Positions 12,933-24,510 of a stretch of 64,000 bases of DNA are shown here, piece after piece (position 1 is the stretch's first letter; the number at the start of each line of letters is the position of its first letter). Position numbers and translations under genes: made by a program. The notes below the pieces were generated by a model. That model worked only from the letters and a program-made list of their open reading frames with translations, did not search any database and was not told the DNA's origin. The DNA is from Ramazzottius varieornatus (taxonomy: Eukaryota > Animalia > Tardigrada), in NCBI GenBank assembly GCA_001949185.1, contig BDGG01000001.1, positions 6,547,591 through 6,611,590 of the forward strand. The letters are read 5' to 3'.

Positions 12933-14302
12933 TCAATGTTTGAGACCTGAAACAGCAAAATGGGGCCTGGGCTGCTGGCATTCCCAAGATGCTCGATGCT
13001 GTCCCCCTTCTTTCCCAGCAGCGTTCGGTTCGCCCGCCACCATACATTTGCGCCTCATCAGTTCATCAGGACTTAAGTCGCTGACTTCCTTGCAGTAGGC
13101 TTCCGCATGCCTAAGGGCTTCCTTGTGATACTGCGCCCATTCATGGTTCTCCAACACTTTCTGCCGGGAGGTTATGCCGCTCCGCGCAAGCGCCAACGAT
13201 GAAGTCGGATGCGGTTTATGTAGTCCATTGGCAAAGCCCAACGAGCAATACCGACAGTGTGCAGACTTTCTGGAAACGAAGACTCCAGCCAGGTGAACTC
13301 CCCAAACTATGTTCGCCGAGAAACGGACTCGCCGGGCGCCCGTTGTGAGTTGTGAAGGTGAAAGAGGTATTCCGGTGGATGCACTTGATCGCGTTGGAGC
13401 AGCTGTAGGACAGTCTTTCTTCTAGCTAGTTCGTCCAGCATGAAATCGTCCGTAGTGAAATTTGCGATGTCCTCTCGAGCCCTACTGGGCGCCAACTCGA
13501 ACCTCAAGATCACCCTTCCGGGACGGGTTTCGGTGTCCGAGTGAGGCTCCTCTTCTTCGCTGTACATGGAGTCATCGTATAGCGGCCCAACTCCCGGGTA
13601 ATCGTCCTTCTGTTCCGGTGGTTCGGCAACTAGGTTACCAACACTCGCAGTTTTAGTGCTGGCTGTGCTAGAAGGCGAAGCGGCGGTTGTGATGTCCATG
13701 TCTGGCAATAGACAAAGCGGCCCGTGACTAAAAAACCCGAGGTCGGCCAAGCTGTGGTCGGGAATATGTGCGTCCCTTCCATGGTTCTCAGCCCTTTTCG
13801 TGTTACCACCGAGAGTAGCCTCAGGTCCATCAGATGGCGTTTCACTATCGACGCGGTTCAGCAACACTTGTAGGTCTTCGCGACTAAGGAGGTATGGTCG
13901 ACCGATAGTATTCTCGACGAAGGAGGGGTGGATCTGCGAGCCAAAGAAAACACTTGGGATCAGCGATTCTTGTGTATACTCGGCCTTCGGGCAATCACGC
14001 TGGATGCGAACATACTTGGACAGGTGCGGAACAAGCTGATTGTAGTCAATCTGGAAGAAGACGACCAGATGCTCTTCTCGGTCAACAATGCTTCTCCATC
14101 TCGATAGCGCCGAATGTATATTGAGCCCATACTTGACATGCTAGAACCGTTCCAGCATGTCCACGAGACCTGAGAAAGACAAGCGGTTGTCGCTGGTAAG
14201 AGTCGCTGACTTGAACCGCTTGCGTCTCTTCTCCCGGTTAATGCGTGCTCTCCCCCGGGACAGCTTGCTAGACCTCCGTGATCCAGCTTGATTGTTCGGC
14301 AT
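12933..14302 (-). pseudogene. Paralogue A of an unnamed family: KRRK basic motif, conserved N-domain, acidic linker, TTF-like zinc finger; in-frame stop and frameshift
   Basis: MPNNQAG..EKRRKRF..LVDMLERF*(14141-14143)HVKY..WRSIVDREEHLVVFFQIDYNQLVPHLSKYVRIQR..LIPSVFFG..GRPYLLSREDLQVLLNRVDS; the C-terminal frame has HCRYC..G..KVLENHEWAQYHKEA. Confidence 0.7.
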
Positions 14303-14584
14303 CCTGCAAGATAATCATACGGATACCACGTCAAGTAATCCACAGCGGGAAGCCTCTGACTTTCTGATGCCAAACAAGGCAAACATGGCAATGTTTTGAA
14401 ATTGAAAAAAAACACCGAAACATTTCGGTAAACCATCCAATCAAGTTGATGGATCAAATCAATAGACGAAGGAAATACTATGACGTCATAACCATGAATT
14501 CCCCAGCTTCCCTGAAAACATGATGTTCAGCAGTGATGTGCTGAATATTGATATGAATCCATCTGCTCCTCGAAAGAGCAGCTG

Positions 14585-15411
14585 GTGGCAAATCTGAAAT
14601 TTATGAAGCTATCTTGCGTCGGGACCGAGAATGAGCTCCTGAAAAGATACAACACGCCTATGGAAGGGATGGCTAAAGTATTGAGGCATCATTGTCGAGA
14701 GGAGTTCAAGCGGATATGGCCGATCCAAATGTACCAGCCCATGGAATACCTTCGATACCAAGCCGAGCAGATCAGCCGCCTGGAGAGTCTCGTGGAATCC
14801 CTACAGGAAGACAAGCTGGAGCTTCAGAAGACCGTCAAAGCTCTACAGGTAGGCCAGGAATCCATCTTGGGAAGATTTTCCTTGCTGGAAAATATCCCCC
14901 AACGGCTGCTTGTCCCGCCATATGAGCCTCCTGCCACCGAGGCTAGTGTCCCCAGTATGACCCAGGCTACCACCATCGCCACGCTCGTAGTTTCCCCAGT
15001 CAAGGCTATCACCACTCCAACCTTTGCTACCGTTGCTGCGCGGAGATCTCAACCATCCGAGAACCCTGCTGTCCGGCGAGAGGCAACCTGCGTTGTTGTA
15101 AGAGGTACGAAGAAGGCTGATGGAGAAAGAATAACAGTCAACCCGCTGCGAGCCAAGGGGCCGCCGGGTCGGGACTTCGCCATTCGGGGTTGTCCCGAGA
15201 CACGTAACTGCTGAACAACTGGAAGATTACCTGCAAGGCATCGGAGTGAAGCCTCGCTTCGTCTGGATAGTTCCTGTTGGCCCTGACGACACCAAGGCTT
15301 CCACGGTCGGTCGCATCGGAGTCTTCGCTAACGATGTGGACCTTGTCCTGAAAGCCGAAAACTGGTCATACAACATCAGCATCACTCCTTGGAAGTTCGG
15401 TCTATAACTGA
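14585..15411 (+). mobile_element. Non-LTR retrotransposon ORF1-like remnant (coiled coil plus RRM-like region), frameshifted
   Basis: Heptad coiled coil (EQISRLESLVESLQEDKLELQKTVKALQ), TFATVAAR motif, then DFAIRGCPE..LEDYLQGIGV..ENWSYNISITPWKF after a frameshift near 15210. Confidence 0.5.
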
Positions 15412-16059
15412 ACCGAACGGCTAACCAGATTTCTCGATGTGTGTTGTAAATTCTCCTTCAGTCTCTCTAGCTGGCACTCCAAACGGATCTATTTGTTGTG
15501 TTGAACCTGAATGATCGATCTTTATAACGATACTCGTTCCTGATCAACCGGGTGACTCTGTTTTGGTTACTGTAACTTTTTCCATCATCGTGCTGAGTAG
15601 ACTTTGATCCTCTTAACATCGGGGAGGTCGTCAACTGAATTGTCGAAGCTAATAAAATCCCTTCCCTCCTGCTGCTGAAACGCGCGTCTGTCGGAGCAGG
15701 GCAAGCCAAAACGCGCAAAATTAAAATAGTAGGCCATAAGTTTACCGGAGCCAGGTCTCGTATATAGAAAACCTTGGCATCGAATCCCGGTAGAAGTGCT
15801 TTTTCAAATATTGAGCTAACAGGTGCAGTCAATCGATCGAAGTGTGGTTTTGTTTCTTTTTCATACCCAAGCTGCGGTGGAGGTTCATTGAATGATCTTA
15901 CTTTTCGGTCAGATTTTAACAATGTGGTACGTCACAGAATGAGTACGTCATGACTAAAATCTGCCCCGCATTATGCTTTGACGCATGACGTCAAGGATAC
16001 CTCACGGCGTCCTTCCTGCCAGCAAGGCGCGCTTCAGCAGCACTTCAGTGATGTTCAGC

Positions 16060-16413
16060 TAGTGCTGGCAAAAATTCGATACGATATTTTTCGATATTTT
16101 ATCGCGGTCTTCGATATTCATTCGATGTCGATATTTCGATACGATATTTTTCCTTTACCGTATTTTCGATATATCGTATCATATCGCAGCGTTATATCGA
16201 TTTTTTTGGAATTTTAGTTTTCCGGAATTCCACTGGTTCAAGCCCGAAAACTCAAGAAGCGGATTTCCACATAAACTATTAGTAAGATCGAAAGCGTCGG
16301 ATGCAGCAAAGACATGGTTATAGCAAGTCTTCAAACACATGGAAACCTGGACAGAATTAGTACCAGAACCGAATGGGCGGAGTGTGCTCGGTACACCATG
16401 GCCAAAATCAAGT
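16060..16413. mobile_element. Truncated hAT MITE, same family as 63226-63844 but in the opposite orientation
   Basis: Starts TAGTGCTGGCAA, rich in CGATA/TATCG; reverse-complement match to about 63467-63844; no second TIR. Confidence 0.85.
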
Positions 16414-16944
16414 TGACCGCGCCATTGTCCAAGACTGCCTCGGCCGACCTTACCTGATTGCCTACAACGAAATACAGATGCTGCTGGATGCGGTTGATAA
16501 TTCCCGAATCACCTCAAAGTTCGACGATGACTCTGACGGCGAAAGGGAAACCGAGGAAGAGGAGTACCCCATTGCGACCAATGATGACGTAATGCGCGAC
16601 TTCACCTGGGCAATTAGTCTGTTCTATAACTCTAGCAGTACTCCTCTTGCCGAAGAGGAACCACAGCCTGTTGTTCCTCGCTTTCTTGCAGCAGATATCT
16701 ACTCGACGCCCAGCATCAATATTAACCAAGAAAGTTCTGAATATCTTCCTTCGGAAGAAGAATCGGAGCCTGTTCATAGACCACACATGCCGAAGAATTC
16801 TAAGACGAGAACAACGGTGAGGATTCCTCCAGTAACATCTACTGTTGCTTATATATTACATCTATATTACATTACATTAATTAATTGCTCATATATTATA
16901 TATTATATATTATATTATAGATGATTGACAAAAATGGCGTAGAG

Positions 16945-17095
16945 GCAATCGACCTTTTGGGGTCGTCTTTGCCTGCTTTATCGATTTTAAATCATTTAAT
17001 TTAGATTTCTTTTCCTTTGTATTTGTGTTTCTTTCTCCTGCTTTATTTATTATGCTTATTGGCTCTTTATTTATTATTTCATTAGTTAACATCAT
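16945..17095 (+). repeat. Left copy of the ~150-bp direct repeat bracketing the NUMT
   Basis: gcaatcgacctt..gtcgtctttgcctgcttta..tttatttattatttcatta recurs at 38457-38608 with roughly 85-90% identity by eye. Confidence 0.9.
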
Positions 17096-17187
17096 ATGGA
17101 GATTCAAGTTTGTGCACGATACCCTATTTAGAAATGTAATTAAATATAATTACAATCATTACGTATTTGTGGTTTTTTTTGAAATTT

Positions 17188-17365
17188 TTGTTGGCAGATT
17201 AATTAATTGAATTTAGCATTTAAAAATGTATTATAAATACTTTAAGGTGTCTGAAAGAGGACTATCTTGATAGGGTAGAACATGAATATACATTTTCTTG
17301 AAGTTTTAGTATGGCAGATTAGTGCTTTGAGTTTAAATTCAAATATAAATTTTATTTTTTTTCAA
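17188..17365 (+). pseudogene. NUMT tRNA cluster trnL1(UAG)-trnI(GAU)-trnL2(UAA)
   Basis: ttggcagatt..tttagca; gtgtctgaaagaggactatcttgataggg (GAT anticodon); atggcagattagtgctttgagtttaaa. Confidence 0.6.
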
Positions 17366-17368
17366 AAA

Positions 17369-18256
17369 ATGGTTTTTTTGTCTTTGTTTCTTATCTTCAG
17401 GTTTTGATTTTTGTTATGGATGCTGTTGCTTTCTTAACATTGTTGGAGCGCAAAAGTATTGAGCTACAGTCAACTTCGTAAAAGTCCTAATAAGCTTCGT
17501 TTTGCAGGTTTACTACAACCTTTTGCAGATGCACTGAAATTGTTTTCCAAAGAAGAAATAGTACCTATTTCTACCGATTTTTGCTTTAGCGATTTTCCAG
17601 TTTCGGGCTTTGTAATTACAATGCTTGTGTGGGTTCCTTTGTTTAGGTTTTTACGGTATGTTGATTTTAAGTTTTGTCTCTTGTGTTTTTTATGTTGTAT
17701 TAGTTTGAGTTTACGGCGTAATTTTTTTCAGGGTGATCATCTGATTCTAAATATGCTATAATAGGAGGTCTTCGTACTGTTGCTCAACTGGTGTCCTACG
17801 AAATTACCTTCGCTTTTATTTTTTTGTCTTTGGTATCTTTTTGTTTCATACAGTGTTTTTGAAATTTATAATTTTCACACCAGCTTTAGAAATTTTTTTT
17901 CTTTTTCCTCCAGCAGTAGTTTTTTTATTTCGTGTGTCGTGGAAACAAACGGGCTCCTTTTGATTTGGCTGAGAGTGAATCTGAGTTAGTTTCTGGTTTC
18001 AGTGTTGAATACGGTGGTTTAAAGTTTGCTTTAATTTTTATAGCTGAATTTGCTAGGATTCTATGGATAAGCCTCTTATGTGCTTTTTTTATTTTTTTCA
18101 ATTGTTTTTTATTGAAGTTTTATTCCTTTCTGTCTTTTTATTTTAAATTCTTCGTTCTTCTTTCCTCGTTTGCGATACGATTATTTAATGTACATAATCT
18201 GAAAATAGTTTTCACCCATGATCCTGATCTTTCATTTTTCTTTTCTTTTGGTTTGA
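17369..18256 (+). pseudogene. nad1: NUMT nad1
   Basis: [30 protein letters not shown] and [23 protein letters not shown] lie in shifting frames. Confidence 0.93.
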
Positions 18257-18289
18257 AACCGATAAGTATATTTAATAGTATGGAAACGT

Positions 18290-20160
18290 CAATGGCATCA
18301 GGAGCAAGAGCGAGGAGATCAAGAGGTGAATGCAAGAAAAGAAGGCGGATATCTGGTCGAAACTTGGGCAGACCAGTCAACGCCTGATTGTATGATTGCC
18401 GACCTCAACCAATACGTCCTCTTCCACAAAGATCGAGAAGGTTGTCAGAAGGAGAAGGGTGGTGGAGTTGCCATCGCCGTGAAGAAAGATCTGCAAGCTC
18501 TCAGAACGACAAGCCTGGAAGTGGATGGACTGGAAGTAATGTGGATCAAGCTGATATGTTTACGCTTGAACGTTCTGATCGGAGTCATCTATGCACCAAG
18601 CTACGACATTGACGTCTTCACTAAGCTTCGCTCGTCGATAGAGCATATCCCACCATTCCTACGTCGTAACCTCATCATCGTAGGAGATTTCAACTGCCCG
18701 AAGATCCAGTGGGAAGGGGACTCGAATGAGAAATCGGAGAGATACCGTGACCCGATTTCCCTGAAGAAAGAATTTAAGCTCTGGCAGAAAGTGAGAGGCA
18801 ACACTCGCATTCGCGGAAAAATCGCTCGACCAAATCTTCGTTACCCAGCTTGGCTTCGTCCGAAACACCCGTGTCGTTCCCCCACCTTCTTCCACATTTG
18901 CTCATCGAGCAATAGAAACCAAGCTACTGCTGTGGACACCAAATTTCAAGCCTAAGGCAAAGCCAGTCTGAAGGATCGATGGAGACAAGATCAACTTCTT
19001 CAAGGAGACTCTGTGTTCGATTGATTGGGGATCGATCTTTGATGTAATGTGCAATGTTGACGTTGCTGTTTCAGTCTTTCAGGATAAGTTCGTCGCTGCT
19101 GCTAAGAGTGCTTTTCAGCTGATGTCTGTCGAAGCCCAATGCCTTCATCGACCTTCCCTCTCCAAAAGGGCTATTGATAGCCTACGAAGATGTGGAAGTG
19201 CCTACAAGCAATGGAAAAGGACAAAGGATCAGGTAGATTTCTTACGTTGGAAGGAGCTTGAAGCCAGCAACCGGAGGATAATCCAGTCAGAGAAGCACCG
19301 TCGTCTCCACAACATCGCCACTCTGTCCCGAAGAAACCCCCGCGCAGTCTGGAAGCACATCAAGAAGAACACTAGCAACGCTCCCATCTCCCCGATCCCC
19401 GTTCCTGGCGAAGAAGAAATTGTCCATCCTCAAGAGAAAGCAGAATTTATCAGCAAAGGATTCGCGCATTTCTGCATTGCCTGTTCACAGCACTGCCCAC
19501 CACCAGCAAATTCTCGTGACGAGCCGATCTGTATCCAGTCTCCAAAGGCACGGCACTGCCCACCGCTCCGCATTACCACGCCACTGATCCTTGAACAACC
19601 ACGACGACTCGACTCCCCTAAGCATCCGGCAGCTTCCTCATCACCAATCGCCTACTCAAGATCGCTGGGACGTCCATTATATATCCTTTGTCTCGACTTT
19701 TCAGCTTGATAGTGAGCAGCAAACAGTATCCAACAGCCTGGAAGCAAGCCAACGTGGTGCCTGTACCGAAGAAGGGATGCTCGAGAGAAGAAGTGGATGC
19801 AGTCTTTCTGGATTGCTCAAAAGCCTTCGACCAGCTTCCCCATTCCACCATCGTAGCAAGTCTGTCGAGTCAAGGAGTTGAAGGAGAACTCAAAGATCTC
19901 CTGTCCGAAAACGCAGAACAGCTGATGAAGATTGTCCAGCCAAGCCCGAATCTACGAACCAGGAGCCACGATAAAGCCATGATGCTGTCCCCAGTCTCGA
20001 TGGCTCCCTCTTCACGCGCACTTCTCGAGTCCACCGTCGGCTCCTTCGCTTACATCGCCGAAGCTCTTCTCAAAGATCCTTTATTTTGTCCTTCATTTGT
20101 AGACTTGAACAACCTCTTTCAAAAACCATGTCGGTAAACTCCATCTTTCTAAATTTATGT
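18290..20160 (+). mobile_element. Degenerate LINE ORF2 (APE endonuclease plus RT fragments, CR1/L2-like), inserted between NUMT nad1 and trnS2
   Basis: LVETW, DR..KGGGVAIAV, IIVGDFNCP (APE); WKQANVVPVPKKG and VFLDCSKAFDQLPH (RT); frameshifts and a deletion within RT. Confidence 0.88.
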
Positions 20161-20264
20161 GGTGCAAGAAATACATTGACGGAAATCTTGCGATATTTTT
20201 CGAATTTTGTTCACACAGCGCAGAGCCTGGCTATGTATTCGAACAAAATAAAGGTTAATGTAAG

Positions 20265-20320
20265 ACTTTTTTTCATGTTTTCAAAACATTAATTAACGGT
20301 TTAAATAAAAATCAGCTAAC
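20265..20320 (-). pseudogene. NUMT trnS2(UGA)
   Basis: Reverse strand has atgttTTGAAaacat, an anticodon stem-loop with TGA, next to the cob 3' end. Confidence 0.55.
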
Positions 20321-21348
20321 GTAGAAAGATGTTCCTATAATTCGTAATGTTAGAAATGGTTCTTCTACAGGTTTTGTTCGTGATCAAGTTAAAATTAGAA
20401 AAATAATCATAAAAATTAAAATAACATTTTTTTTGAAGATTGTGAAATTAAAGAAATAAGTATAAGGATTGATAGGAGAAAAGCGATTACACCTCCCAAC
20501 TTGTTAGGAATTGCTCGTAAAACAGCATATGCAAATAGCAAATATTATTCAGGCTGAATACGAACCGGGGTAATCAGAGGGTTGGCTGGAATAATATTTT
20601 TGGGGTCTATTAGTGAAAAGGGAAAAATATAGTTGATTATTATAAAAATAAATATAACTAAAACTAAGGAAGTTAGGTCTTTTGAAATGGTGAAAATTGA
20701 TTCCATCTCTCCTCCCACGTAGTCTTTAGGGGTTTCTTGATTTCTGTTCGTGAAGAAAAATTAAATGTATAATCCCTTATAGCCTTATAATGAAGGGTAA
20801 AAAATAATGAAGTGAGAAAAATCGAGTAAGAGTCGCATTATTTACGGAGAATCCACCTCACACCCATTCTACTGATGGTGTTCCAAAATTGGGGATTGCT
20901 GACAGTAGGTTTGTAATTACTGTTGCTTCTCAATAAGACAGTTGGCCTCATGGTAGGACATATCCTAGGAATGCGGTTATTATTGAAATTAAAAAAACAC
21001 TCACACCTCTCACTCAAGTTATTTTTGACATGTTTGATTCAAAATATAGCCCTTGTCCGATGTGAATAAAAAGAGCTAAAGAAAACAATGATGCTCCGTT
21101 TGAATGAATGATTCGTATTAGTCATCCTCCGCTTACATCTCGTATTAAATGTCTGATACAATCAAAAGCTGAATCAATTGTTGACGTGTAGTGTATAACT
21201 AAAAAAATTCCTGTAATAATCTGAGTTAGTAAACAAACTCCTAAAAGAGATCTAAAACTTCAAGAATGAGTAATATCAGGAGCTGGAAGATCCACTAAAG
21301 CAGAGTTCATAATTTTAATCAGTGGGTATATTATCGTATATTTATCAT
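20321..21348 (-). pseudogene. cob: NUMT cytochrome b
   Basis: Reverse strand: [59 protein letters not shown], with stops and frameshifts. Confidence 0.93.
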
Positions 21349-21511
21349 AATAGGATCTTTCTATAGGGGCTTTATTCGTAGATGTAAGATATATTGTGGT
21401 GGCTAAAGAGATAAATAAATAGCATAGTATAAATGTGAATACATTGTGGTAGAATAGATGGGAAAAATCTCTAACAAGTAATTGGGTATGATTAAAAAAC
21501 TAAGTTTGATA

Positions 21512-24251
21512 CGAGGTAGAGGGCATGGAGTGTTCAAGACAAAAATTCGGGCGTGGAGAGTTCAAGACTGCGGTATAGGATGGCACCATTTGTCTTTCCT
21601 CAATTTCAAGCAAGAGGGGTACCGTCAAGTTAGCTGCGGTACGGTTGTTATCAGCGGTATGCCACCGCATTATTAGGTTGTTCTTTACCCACAGTCCTGA
21701 AGTATCGAGATATTACTTCCAACTTACACCCCTTTAACCGGCAACCACTTCTCGCTAAGAGGTAATTATCAAGACACAAATACGTCCAGATTAAAATTGA
21801 AAATAAGACAAACAAAAGCGGAATCCGCAGAAAGTAACCAAATTTATGCCGTTTTCATCTTCTTTTTTGGGACGGAGTTGGAAGTCTTCTTTGAGGTTTT
21901 TGGCTCAGGAGCATTTCTTTTAGCTTTCTTGGCTGCCGCCTCGGCTGCTTTCGCAGCCTCGTTTCGCACCAGAACCTCCACAAATTCGCCGGCAGTCACC
22001 ATAGCTCCAGACTGCAGGTCCAGCTGCTTGTTTGTTGGTCGGCGTTGCTTCTTTGGCGCTTCTTCGAACGGCCTTTTCTGCAAAGCACTAGCGAGAACAG
22101 CGGCAGGAGCTATATCTTGCTTTGTTAAGAGTACAAACTCTTTGATTCGACCAAATTTGTCTTGCGAAACAATGTCGTATTCGTCAAGTAGAAACTTGGC
22201 AAGTTTCGCATCCTTTTCTCGTTCAGCCTCAATGTGGACTCCACAGTTAAATTTATTTGGATCGTGGCGCGCTTTGACTGTGTTTCTGATAACCTCGGGT
22301 GAGAAAGGAAATAATCCGCATTTCTGGAATCCAGATTTAAGGCATTCTGCAGCTCTTAAATTCTGCACTCGGGACAACCGTCCTTGTGAAACCAGAGCTT
22401 CACAATATGGGAAAGGAAGTTGTCTTTCGTGATCTACGAAAAGGCACCGGTTTACGACACATAACAACGGAATAAGTGAAACAGATTCACGAACCATTCC
22501 GCCAGCCAAAGCATTTCGCGAGCAGACGTAACTGTGCCATTTCTTCTTAATTCCGCCGAAAGCAGACACATCGAAAGGTTGAAGATGATTGGTTTGGCCA
22601 ACGGGAAGACAAAATATTTCGACACGCTTTCCAGTATCCTTGAAGAAGTCTTGACAGTATCGAACCAACAGTAGGTTGTTGACGTGGGAAAAATGGCCGT
22701 CCACAAAGATGACTGTCTATAAATAAAACCAAGTCACCATTTAAGATATTCCCTTGAATATCATTATGATGAGGCGCATCACGTCACAATAGTGTTCCGC
22801 TATAATGGTCACCGTAACAGCGGCAAAACCGAAAGAAATGACGTCACACGCAACTACACTGCCTTACCAATAATTCTGTGATGGCTGGGAGAACTTCCTT
22901 CTTGATGTAATTTGCGAAGAGAATTTGATCCATGTAGCCAGAAGAGTTCACTGCGTGGTAGATCATGTCGAAAGTATCATCCAACCTAGACTGAACATGG
23001 ACTTTTCCTGCGTAAAGCGCCAGAAGTTTCAGCTGGACTCCAGCAGCATTACCGCATGGAAGTATGGTAACGCACTCTTTTTCGTTGCCATCAAACTGAG
23101 ACGGGATCTGCTTCACTCCTCTCCGTGCAACGACTCGATCATACATCCGTGCCGTGTTGAAAGCAGTCTCATCCAAGTTCCAAACTTGTTCGGGCCTTTC
23201 GCGGAATCCTCCGTCTTTAAGTTTCTGTAGCTTCTGGATATATTCTCCGCAGCGCTCAGTTGTCCATTCACGGTCTTTTTTGCGGTTTGTCGCATGGGTA
23301 ATCCGCATTGACAGCTCCTTATGTCTTGACAAGAACCGCGAGAAAAACTTGTGATCCTCGAACGACGTTTTCGTGATGCCTGGAAATCAGAACAACACCG
23401 CTTGTAATCCAGTGAATAATACTCGTATTGGGAATCGCATTTGGTAACTGTCCAGCAATAATTTCATTCACTCACCAATCTCAGTAGCCAGCTCCGAAAA
23501 CAACTGGACGCAATGGTATCGGTTCAATGGGACTCCCATATCACTGCAGTTGAGAAGAAAACTTGCCAAGATGTCTTCTGCCCATTGAGGAAATTTCGTT
23601 TTCCCACCGTGAGGTTCAGGATTTGGATTTTCTATCCGACGGCGCATCGTCATTCGGCAAACTCCAAACTCCAGCGCAGCTGCGTTCTCGCTGAGTCCTC
23701 TTTCCTTGACAGCCTTGATGGCCGCTTCCACCATCAGCTCTTTGTTAACCTGAACAGCGGTCTTGAGTTTCGTGGAAGCCATGTCGAAGGGAGTCCTTGA
23801 GAGAAGTGTCACAGAAGTTCACAAATGATCTTTGTAAAATTTGGCCTCGCTGCATCGAAAACCGTAGTACGGTTGCTCACTGCACCGGAAATACGTCAAG
23901 GAACACCTATGCCTGGCCAAACAGACATATGGGACTCACGAATTTGTGAAAACCAGACTGATGACGCACAGCACCACCATATCATGAGAACGACACCAGC
24001 GCCTCTTGTGGCCCACGGTTTATTTTTTGAGCAGGCTTTTTATCATGGGACTCGAGCGTCCTTCTTCCCAAGACTCCTTTCTCAGCTTTCCACCGCTTAT
24101 CGGTTGCTCGCTTTACATCTTATGAATGGAGAAATCTTTTTCTATTAAATGAGCCCATATGGAGCAAAGTCCATCCAATAATGTTGGAGATATTACGTTG
24201 AACTCTCCGCACCCGAATTTTTGTCTTGAACACTCCATGCCCTCTACCTCG
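21512..24251 (-). mobile_element. pogo-superfamily DNA transposon, full length, TA TSD
   Basis: ~55-bp TIRs CGAGGTAGAGGGCATGGAGTGTTCAAGACAAAAATTCGGG.. and the reverse complement at the right end; TA on both sides. Confidence 0.95.
21844..23782 (-). CDS. pogo-type transposase (HTH-psq, CENP-B HTH, DDD domain); exons 23782-23476, 23379-22868, 22716-21844; about 563 aa
   Basis: Spliced frame is open throughout; AAIKAVKERGLSENAAALEFGV; catalytic motifs VWNLDET, IFVDGHFSH, HLQPFDV. Confidence 0.88.
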
Positions 24252-24510
24252 TAGTCTTTATTGATCATAAAGTCAGGACAAACGCTAATAGAGAAAATAT
24301 AACAAGTTTTATATGGGAATGCGAGAAAATTACATTCGAAATAAGGCCTGAAAGACAAACAAAACTAATTAGCAAACCATCTAAAAAAAAGTTGAAAATA
24401 ATAAATAAGCTATTCCACCCCTGTGCGAGGAATGTAAAGCTGAGTAAATTGCCGGGATACTTTGAATAGTTGATACCCCGAAAAAAATCAGAGGGTGATT
24501 TTTGTATTTC

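Larger units (their letters stand above)
21349..24510 (-). pseudogene. nad6: NUMT nad6, split by the pogo element (pieces ~21349-21511 and ~24254-24510)
   Basis: Position directly upstream of cob on the same strand; hydrophobic F/L-rich codons and a GLLISFVCLSGL segment. Confidence 0.6.

Noticed and set aside
14585-20137. ORF1-like remnant and LINE ORF2 as one element
   Set aside because: They are separated by a MITE, paralogue B and NUMT nad1; ORF2 inserted within the NUMT, so they are independent events.
21797-22432. 211-aa plus-strand ORF
   Set aside because: It is the antisense shadow of the pogo transposase exon.
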